From an uncultured Gemmatimonadales bacterium (GTDB taxonomy: Bacteria; Gemmatimonadota; Gemmatimonadetes; Longimicrobiales; RSA9): a stretch of DNA of 64,000 bases. Of the stretch, positions 46,986 through 54,058 are shown piece after piece. The notes below the pieces were generated by a model that was given only the letters and a program-made list of their open reading frames with translations, was not told where the DNA came from and did not search any database. Within the stretch, counting starts at the first letter, position 1. Each line of letters starts with the position of its first letter. A program made the translations under genes and the position numbers. The stretch covers positions 2,208,001 through 2,272,000 of the forward strand of contig OY970192.1 in NCBI GenBank assembly GCA_963708135.1. Direction: 5' to 3'.

Positions 46986-48484
46986 GCGTGATGCAAGACC
47001 GACTGGTCAGGCTGTACAGGGAGCATTTCGGTGCCACGCCGGTGGCGGTCCTCGAGCTGCCGGCGGATGGGTCGTCGCGTACCTACTTCCGTCTGGTGGG
47101 CACGGACTGGCAGACCGCGATCGGGGCGATCGGTCCGGACCACGACGAGAACCGTGCATTCCTGTCCTTCTCGCGCTCGTTCCATGGCGCGGGGCTGCCG
47201 GTTCCGACGATCTACGGCGCGGACGAGGCGTCGGGCGTCTGGCTGGAGGAGGATCTGGGGGACACGACGCTGTTCGACGCGCTGGTGGAGGCGCGCGACC
47301 GGGAGCAGCAGGCGTTCCCGGACTCCATGGTCGGGATCTACCGGCGGGTGGTCGAGGTGTTGCCGCGCTTCCAGGTGGAGGGCGGAAAGGTCATCGACTA
47401 CAGCGTGGCGTACCCGCGCGCGGCGTTCGACCGGCAGTCGATCGTGTGGGACCTGAACTACTTCAAGTACCACTTCCTGAAGCTCGCCCACATCCCGTTC
47501 AACGAGGGGCGGCTGGAGGAGGACTTCGACCGGCTCGCGACGTTCCTGCTCCAGACCGGCACGGACTACTTCCTGTACCGCGACTTCCAGTCCCGCAACA
47601 TCATGCTGCGCGACGGGGCGCCGTGGTTCATCGACTACCAGGGCGGCCGCAGGGGGGCGCCACAGTACGACATCGCCTCGCTGCTCTACGATGCCAAGGC
47701 GGACGTCCCGGAGCCCGTGCGCGCCATGCTGCTGGAGCACTACATGGACGCGCTCGGCGCCTACGTCGCGATCGACCGGGACGCCTTCCGGGAGCGCTAC
47801 CGCGGCTACGTCCTCGTGCGCATCATGCAGGCGCTCGGCGCCTACGGCTACCGCGGCTTCTTCGAGCGCAAGCCGCGCTTCCTGCAGAGCGTGCCGTACG
47901 CCGCGCGCAACATCGCCCGCATCCTGGACGCCGGCCTGCCGGTGGCGCTGCCGCAACTCGAGGGGGTGTTCCGCCGCATCGTCGAGGAATGGCGGTCGAG
48001 CGCGATGCCCGAGGCCGAGTTCCCCGGGCTGACGGTGTACGTCGGCAGCTTCAGCTACAAGCGCGGCTACCCGGACGACGCCACCGGCCACGGCGGCGGC
48101 TTCGTCTTCGACTGCCGCGCGATCCCGAACCCGGGCCGCCACCTCGAGTACGCCTCGATGTGCGGGATGCAGCGCCCGGTCGCCGACTTCATCGAGCGCG
48201 CCGCGGAGGCGGAGGCGTTCTTCGAGAACGTGCGCGGCCTCGTGGACGCCCAGGTGGCCGAGTACCTGCGGCGCGGCTTCACCAGCCTGAGCGTCTGGTT
48301 CGGCTGCACCGGCGGGCAGCACCGCTCCGTCTATTTCGCGGAGCGGCTCGCCGGCCATCTGCGCGGGCGCTTCGACGGGGTGAACGTGAAGCTCTCGCAC
48401 CGCGAGGCCGCCACCTGGCCCGAGGAGGCGCGCGTATCCTCGCCCGAGGTCACCGGCGCCTCCTCCCACGCCGGCCCGCCCTGA
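46982..48484 (+). CDS. AmgK-like anomeric MurNAc/GlcNAc kinase (APH fold) fused to a RapZ C-terminal domain
   Basis: DGSSRTYFRL, EEDLGD, YRDFQSRNIM, IDYQ, YDIASLL; C-terminal SFSYKRG..FVFDCRAIPNP..FGCTGGQHRSV. Confidence 0.82.
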   Translation: MSVMQDRLVRLYREHFGATPVAVLELPADGSSRTYFRLVGTDWQTAIGAIGPDHDENRAFLSFSRSFHGAGLPVPTIYGADEASGVWLEEDLGDTTLFDALVEARDREQQAFPDSMVGIYRRVVEVLPRFQVEGGKVIDYSVAYPRAAFDRQSIVWDLNYFKYHFLKLAHIPFNEGRLEEDFDRLATFLLQTGTDYFLYRDFQSRNIMLRDGAPWFIDYQGGRRGAPQYDIASLLYDAKADVPEPVRAMLLEHYMDALGAYVAIDRDAFRERYRGYVLVRIMQALGAYGYRGFFERKPRFLQSVPYAARNIARILDAGLPVALPQLEGVFRRIVEEWRSSAMPEAEFPGLTVYVGSFSYKRGYPDDATGHGGGFVFDCRAIPNPGRHLEYASMCGMQRPVADFIERAAEAEAFFENVRGLVDAQVAEYLRRGFTSLSVWFGCTGGQHRSVYFAERLAGHLRGRFDGVNVKLSHREAATWPEEARVSSPEVTGASSHAGPP

Positions 48485-48491
48485 GGCGGGC

Positions 48492-49211
48492 TTGGACGCC
48501 ATGATCTTCGCGGCCGGGCTCGGCACCCGGCTGCGCCCCCTCACCGACCACGTGCCCAAGGCCCTCATCGAGGTGGGCGGCCGCCCCGTCCTCGAGCACG
48601 TCGCCCGCCGCCTCATCGCCGCCGGCGCCGACCGCCTCGTCGTGAACACCCACGGCTACGACGACGCCATCGAGCGCTTCGTCGCCTCCCGCGACGGCTT
48701 CGGCGTCGAGGTCCGCTTCTCGCGCGAGGAGCCCCGGCCGCTCGAGACCGGCGGCGGACTGCGCCGCGCCGCGCCGCTGCTCCGGCGCGAGGCGCCCTTT
48801 TTCATGCACAACGTGGACGTGCTCTCCGACTTGGACCTCGGCGCGCTCCATGCCGCCCACACCGAGCACGCGCCGCTCGCCACACTCGCCGTCATGCGCC
48901 GAGACACCTCGCGCCACCTCGTCTTCGACGACGGCGGCCTGTGCGGCCGCATCGACGCCCGCGCCGACCTCTCGCTCCAGGTCCGCGCGCCGCTCGGACC
49001 ACCCCGCAAGCTGGCCTTCTGCGGCATCCACGTCGCGGATCCGCTCCTGCCGGCGCTGCTCACCGAGACCGGCGCCTTCTCCATCATCGATGCCTACCTC
49101 CGCCTCGCCGCCGCCGGCGAGCGCATCCTCCCGTTCAGCGCCGACGGCACCGCCTGGGTGGACATCGGGTCGGCCGCGCGGCTGGAAGAGGCCCGCGCCC
49201 GCTTCGGCTGA
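48492..49211 (+). CDS. MurU-like nucleotidyltransferase (MurNAc-1-P uridylyltransferase family)
   Basis: AMIFAAGLGTRLRPLT..PKAL, VVNTH, LETGGGL, NVDV, AFCGI, WVDIG; lies directly after the AmgK-like kinase. Confidence 0.82.
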   Translation: MDAMIFAAGLGTRLRPLTDHVPKALIEVGGRPVLEHVARRLIAAGADRLVVNTHGYDDAIERFVASRDGFGVEVRFSREEPRPLETGGGLRRAAPLLRREAPFFMHNVDVLSDLDLGALHAAHTEHAPLATLAVMRRDTSRHLVFDDGGLCGRIDARADLSLQVRAPLGPPRKLAFCGIHVADPLLPALLTETGAFSIIDAYLRLAAAGERILPFSADGTAWVDIGSAARLEEARARFG

Positions 49212-49530
49212 CGCACGGTGGACGCGGCAGGGCCGCCGCGAGCCGTCGCTTGGGCGGATGGAGGCGGCTGCACGGGGCCCCGCTCCCCTGTGCGTGTGCG
49301 CGCCACCAGGGGCGGCGGCGGCCGGACCTTTCTGCACGATCGTCGCCTCCGCGCCAGCCCGCTCGCACTTCGGGCCGCTGGGCAGACCAAATTCCCGACG
49401 CGCCGGCTGCCCTCGTCCGCGCGACGTGACTTTGGTCCGCATAGCGACCATTTCTCCCGGGGCGTTCTCGGCCTGTCGGCGAAGTGGAAGTTTGATCCGC
49501 GCTGCGCTGAACGTGCGGCCGGTCGCTAGC

Positions 49531-49606
49531 CCCGCGGCCGGCGGCCGGCCCCGCGGCCGGCGTCCGGGCCCGCGGCCGGCGTCCGGGCCCGCGGGCGGCG
49601 TCTGAG
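49531..49606. repeat. 19-bp tandem repeat x4 (CCCGCGGCCGGCGTCCGGG)
   Basis: Units at 49531, 49550, 49569 and 49588; the middle two are identical. Confidence 0.8.
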
Positions 49607-49641
49607 CCGCTCCGCGCCGTCTCCCGGCCCGTCCACATGCC

Positions 49642-51150
49642 TCAGTCCCGCGGCGGACCCGGCCGGATCATCAGCCACGACGCCAGCGCGCCCGCGCCTG
49701 CCAGCAGGCCGGCGAGGAGCGCGACCTGCCGGAACCCGTGCACGAAGGAGGTGTGGACCACCGCCTCGACGCCGGCACGCGAGCCCGTACCCGACGGTAC
49801 GCCCAGGTCGAGCAGATCCGCGCTCCGCGCCAGCAGCATCGCGCGCACCGCCGCGGGAACGCGCGTCGCCCCGGCAATGCCGGTGCGAAAGCCGTGCAGC
49901 ATCACCACGCCGGACACCGCCACCGCGACGACCGAAGCCGCCCGCGCGACGGCGTTGTTCACGCCGGAGGCCACGCCGGCATGGCGTTCCTCGACGGCGC
50001 CCATCACGGTCGTCGTGAGCGGCGCGACGCTCACGGCCATGCCCAGGCTCATGACCATGATGCAGGGGAAGAAGCTGCTCCAGTAGCTGCCCGCGTGCGC
50101 GGACGGCAGCGCGAAGGAGGCGAAGCCCGCGCCGGCGACGAGCGGCCCACTCGCGAGCGGCAATCGTGAGCCGTAGCGCGCCACCAGCCCACCGGCCCAG
50201 CGCGAGAGCAGGAACATGGTGAGCACGAACGGTAGCAGCGCCGCGCCCGCCTGCAGCGGAGTGTACCCCTGCACCTGGATGAGATCGAACGGGAGGAAGA
50301 ACAGCACACCGCCCAGGGCGGCGTATAGGAACAGCGTGAGCAGATTGGCGCCCGCGAAGGTGGTGGAGCGGAACAGCTCGAGGGGCATCATCGGCGCCGG
50401 CCGACGGCTCTCCACGAGCAGAAAGGCCGCCAGCAGGGCGACGCCGGCCCCGAGCGTGACCGGCAGGAAGACGCCGCTCGCCGCGTGCCGATTCGACTCG
50501 ACCAGCCCGAAGACGATCGCTCCCAGCCCGAGCGTCGCCAGCGCCGCGCCGGGCCAGTCGATCCGGCCGTGCGCCTGCTCGTCGCGGCTCTCCGGCACGT
50601 GCCGCCACGTGATCAGCACCACGGCGACCGCGAGTGGCAGGTTGATGAAGAAGATCCAGCGCCAGGAGAAGCGCTGGATCAGCCAGCCGCCGAGCACCGG
50701 GCCGGCCCCCGCCGCCATCGCCGTGACGCCGGACCACGTCCCGAACGCCCGTCCGCGCTCCCCGGGGCCGAAGCTCGCGCTGATCAGCGCGAGGCTGCCC
50801 GGCACCAGCAGCGCGGCGCCGACGCCCTGGACGGCGCGCGCGACGATCAGCTCGGCGGTCCCGCCCGAGAGCCCGCACCACGCGGATGCCGCGGCGAACA
50901 GCACGACGCCCGCCGAGAAGACGCGCTTGCGGCCCAGCCGATCGCCCAGCGCGCCGCCCACGAGGATCAGCGCGGCCAGCATGAGCGCGTAGGCCTCGAC
51001 GATCCACTGCGCGGCCACGACACTGGCGTGCAGACGCTGTTGCAGCACGGGCAGCGCCACGTTGACGACCGTGCCGTCGATGAACGTGATGCTGGAGCCG
51101 AGGATCGCCGCGCTCAGGACCCAGCGGCGCGAGCCGGTGCGGGTAGGCAT
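49642..51150 (-). CDS. MFS transporter, DHA2 (EmrB/QacA-like) family
   Basis: FIDGTVVNVALP, GALGDRLGRK, RAVQGVGAA, GPVLGG, WRWIFFINLP; about 14 TM segments. Confidence 0.9.
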   Translation of the reverse strand: MPTRTGSRRWVLSAAILGSSITFIDGTVVNVALPVLQQRLHASVVAAQWIVEAYALMLAALILVGGALGDRLGRKRVFSAGVVLFAAASAWCGLSGGTAELIVARAVQGVGAALLVPGSLALISASFGPGERGRAFGTWSGVTAMAAGAGPVLGGWLIQRFSWRWIFFINLPLAVAVVLITWRHVPESRDEQAHGRIDWPGAALATLGLGAIVFGLVESNRHAASGVFLPVTLGAGVALLAAFLLVESRRPAPMMPLELFRSTTFAGANLLTLFLYAALGGVLFFLPFDLIQVQGYTPLQAGAALLPFVLTMFLLSRWAGGLVARYGSRLPLASGPLVAGAGFASFALPSAHAGSYWSSFFPCIMVMSLGMAVSVAPLTTTVMGAVEERHAGVASGVNNAVARAASVVAVAVSGVVMLHGFRTGIAGATRVPAAVRAMLLARSADLLDLGVPSGTGSRAGVEAVVHTSFVHGFRQVALLAGLLAGAGALASWLMIRPGPPRD

Positions 51151-51214
51151 CCCGACAAGCTACCTCCGCAGCGCCGGCCGCGCGCATACCGCCCTTTGCC
51201 GCGCAGCGCGGCCG

Positions 51215-53410
51215 CTACTCCCTCCGTACTCCTCTCCTGGCCATCGGCAGCTGCCGCACGCGCACGCCGCTCGCCGCCGCGATGGCCGCGCCGATGGCGG
51301 GTGCCAGCGCGATGAGCGGGGTCTCCCCGGCGCCCACGGAGGGCTGGTCCTTGCGGTCGAGCAGCACCGCCTCGACCACGGGCGTGTCCTTGAAGCGTGG
51401 CACGCGGTACGCCGAGAGCCGGTCCGTGTGGATCACGCCGTCGTCGAAGTCGATCTGCTCGAACAGCGCGCCGCCCAGCCCCTGGATGTTGGCGCCCACG
51501 ATCTGGTTCTCGAGGTTGTCGGGGTTGACCACGGCCCCGCAGTCGAACGCCGTGACCACGCGGTGGACGCGGACCTCGCCATCGTCGCCTGCGGAGACGT
51601 CCGCGCACGTGGCGACGTAACCACCCTTCTCGAAGCCGCACGCGATGCCGTGGCCGCGGCCCGGCGCCGCCTTCGCGCCGCCCCAGCCGAAGCGCTCCGC
51701 GGCCGCGTGCAGCGCCGCCTTCAGGCGCGGGTCCGAGAGGTTGCGCAGCCGCAGCTCGAGCGGATCGAGTCCCACCATTCCGGCCAGCTCGTCCAGGTGC
51801 ATCTCGCGCGCGAAGTTGTTGGCCGTGGCGGCCAGCGCGCGGTAGGAGCCCTGCCGGAACGGCGAGTCGCTCGCGTGGAACGCCAGCCGGCGGTTCGGCA
51901 CCGTGTAGATCGAGCGGATCCCGGCGGCGCCCGAGTTGTAGTTGTCGAGCTCCCAGGAGGTGAGCGTGCCGTCCTTCGCGATCCCGGCGGCGACATCGAT
52001 CACGCCCGCGGGCCGGAAGTAGGCCCAGCGGAACTCCTCCTCGCGCGTCCAGGCCACCTTGACCGGCGCGCCGGCCGCCTTCGCGAGCGTGGCCGCCTCG
52101 ATGGCGCACTCGCCGGTGTGCTTGCCGCCGTAGCCGGAGCCCATGTCCGGCATGCGCACGCGCACCTTCTCCTTCGGCAGTCCGAGGGCCGCGCACAGCT
52201 CCTCCTGCACGCCGAACGGCCGCTGTGTCCCCGTCCACACCGTCAGCTTGCCGCTCGTGTCCCAGCGCGCCACGGCCGCGCGCGGCTCGAGTGGCACGTG
52301 CGCGATGTAGGCCACCGTATAGGTCCGCTCCAGCACGTGGTCCGCCGCCTTCCTCCCGCTGGCGACGTCGCCCTCCTCGAACCCGCCGGGCCCGCCGAAC
52401 TCCCCGCGCCGTGGCGCCTCCTTCGGCCGCGTCCTGCGCAGGTAGTCGAAGAGCTCCTTCTGCGAGGGCTGCGGCGTGCGCGTCCAGGCGGCATCGAGCG
52501 CGGAGAGGGCGCGCGCCGCCTCCGGCATCGATGCCGCCGCGACGCCGACCAGCTCGCCCTCGTGCACCACCGTCACGTTCGGCAGCCGCGAGGCGGCCGA
52601 GGCGTCGAGCCGCTCGAGTCGGGCACCGGCCGCGGGCGCGCGCAGCACCTTCCCGATGAGCATGCCGGGCAGCTTCATGTCCCACGGGTAGCGGTGCTTC
52701 CCCGTCACCACGTCGCGCCCCGTCGTCCGGTCCAGCGAGGTGCCCGCCACGCGCCACGCCGACGCGGGCGTGAGCGGCGCGTCGTCGCGCACGGTCTCGG
52801 TGAGCTTTCGTCCCGCCGTCAGCTCGCCGTAGCCGAGCGAGCGCGAGCCCTTCCCGTCCACCACCCTGCCGTCCTCCGCGGCGAGCCCCTCGCGCGCCGC
52901 GCCCCAGCGCTCCGCGGCCAGCCCAACGAGCACCTCCCGGGCGGCCGCCGCGGCCTTGCGCAGCTGCGTGCCCATCTGCGGGGTGGAGCGGCTGCCGAAC
53001 GTGCCCATGTCGAACGGCGTCAGGTCCGTGTCCCCCATGACGAGGCGGATCCCGGACACCGGCACGCGCAGCTCCTCCGCCACCTCCTGCGCGAGCGAGG
53101 TGCGGATCCCCTGCCCGATCTCGACCTTCCCCGTGTAGACGGTGACGGCGCCGTCCTCCCCGATGTGGAGCCAGGCGCTGATCAGCTCGGGCGGCGCTTC
53201 GCTCCCGCCCCAGCCGCTCTCCAGCGCCACCCCCATCGAGCGCGGCGCGCCGAACAGGTCCCGCGTGACGAAGACCACCACCAGGCCGCCCCCGAGGACC
53301 TTGAGGAACGCCCGCCGTGTGGTCGTCCCGGCCCCGTGCAGCTCCACCTCCCGCAGCTCGTAGCGCTCCGGCTCGAGCGTGTCGAGCGGCTGGCGCGTAT
53401 CCGTGCTCAT
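51215..53410 (-). CDS. Xanthine dehydrogenase-family molybdopterin oxidoreductase large subunit (IorB-like), Tat signal
   Basis: TRRAFLK twin-arginine motif, KVEIGQG, TFGSRS, GSGYGGK, WTREEE, DCGAVVNP, GAGE. Confidence 0.9.
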   Translation of the reverse strand: MSTDTRQPLDTLEPERYELREVELHGAGTTTRRAFLKVLGGGLVVVFVTRDLFGAPRSMGVALESGWGGSEAPPELISAWLHIGEDGAVTVYTGKVEIGQGIRTSLAQEVAEELRVPVSGIRLVMGDTDLTPFDMGTFGSRSTPQMGTQLRKAAAAAREVLVGLAAERWGAAREGLAAEDGRVVDGKGSRSLGYGELTAGRKLTETVRDDAPLTPASAWRVAGTSLDRTTGRDVVTGKHRYPWDMKLPGMLIGKVLRAPAAGARLERLDASAASRLPNVTVVHEGELVGVAAASMPEAARALSALDAAWTRTPQPSQKELFDYLRRTRPKEAPRRGEFGGPGGFEEGDVASGRKAADHVLERTYTVAYIAHVPLEPRAAVARWDTSGKLTVWTGTQRPFGVQEELCAALGLPKEKVRVRMPDMGSGYGGKHTGECAIEAATLAKAAGAPVKVAWTREEEFRWAYFRPAGVIDVAAGIAKDGTLTSWELDNYNSGAAGIRSIYTVPNRRLAFHASDSPFRQGSYRALAATANNFAREMHLDELAGMVGLDPLELRLRNLSDPRLKAALHAAAERFGWGGAKAAPGRGHGIACGFEKGGYVATCADVSAGDDGEVRVHRVVTAFDCGAVVNPDNLENQIVGANIQGLGGALFEQIDFDDGVIHTDRLSAYRVPRFKDTPVVEAVLLDRKDQPSVGAGETPLIALAPAIGAAIAAASGVRVRQLPMARRGVRRE

Positions 53411-53892
53411 CGCCCGACCCCCTCCCCCGCCGCGCTCTTGCCGGCCGCCGCCCGACGGATCGCCTTCACCACCCGCGGATAGGTGCCGCAGCGGCATACG
53501 TGGCCGTTCATCCCCTCGATGATCTCCGCCTCGCTCGGGTCCGCCTTGGCCGAGAGCAGCCCCACGGCGCCCATGATCATCCCGGTCGTGCAGTAGCCGC
53601 ACTGGAGCGCCTGTTCCGCCAGGAAGGCCTCCTGCACCGGGTGCAGCCTGCCGTCCCGCTCCAGTCCCTCTACCGTGGTCACCTTCTTCCACGCCGCGCC
53701 CGAGACGGGCGTGATGCAGGAGTGCACCGCGCGCCCGTCCAGCAGCACCGTGCACGCGGCGCACTGCCCCTCCCCGCACCCGTACTTGGCTCCGGTCAGG
53801 TCCAGCTCGTTGCGCAGGACATCCAGCAGGCTCCGGCCCGGATCCACGTCCAGGCGGTGCTTCGTGCCGTTGACTTCCAGCTCGATCGCCAT
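53407..53892 (-). CDS. (2Fe-2S)-binding small subunit (IorA/CoxS-like)
   Basis: KYGCGEGQCAACTV..SC, QCGYCTTG, CRCGTY. Confidence 0.93.
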   Translation of the reverse strand: MAIELEVNGTKHRLDVDPGRSLLDVLRNELDLTGAKYGCGEGQCAACTVLLDGRAVHSCITPVSGAAWKKVTTVEGLERDGRLHPVQEAFLAEQALQCGYCTTGMIMGAVGLLSAKADPSEAEIIEGMNGHVCRCGTYPRVVKAIRRAAAGKSAAGEGVGR

Positions 53893-53952
53893 GGCCCTTC
53901 ATCCGGTGTGAGGAGGGAGACGCGCGGAGGCGGCGCCGCGGGCGCGCGCGGA

Positions 53953-53978
53953 GGGTATTTCCTGAGAGTAAAATACCC
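53953..53978. promoter_or_regulatory. Palindromic operator-like site upstream of the iorAB-like operon
   Basis: GGGTATTT-N10-AAATACCC, AT-rich within a GC-rich context, 60-85 nt upstream of the ATG. Confidence 0.5.
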
Positions 53979-54058
53979 CCGCCGCACTGTCCATGCACCG
54001 AGCCCCGGCGTTCGAGGTCAGGGGCTCCCGAGCCCCGAGCCCCGATCGCGTGGCTCGC

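Noticed and set aside
49531..49606. Possible CRISPR array (also 40612-40755)
   Set aside because: The repeats are directly tandem with no unique spacers, and there are no cas genes in the window.
53893..54058. Moco riboswitch upstream of the iorAB-like genes
   Set aside because: I could not find the motif's conserved elements by eye; only a palindrome and heptamer repeats are present.
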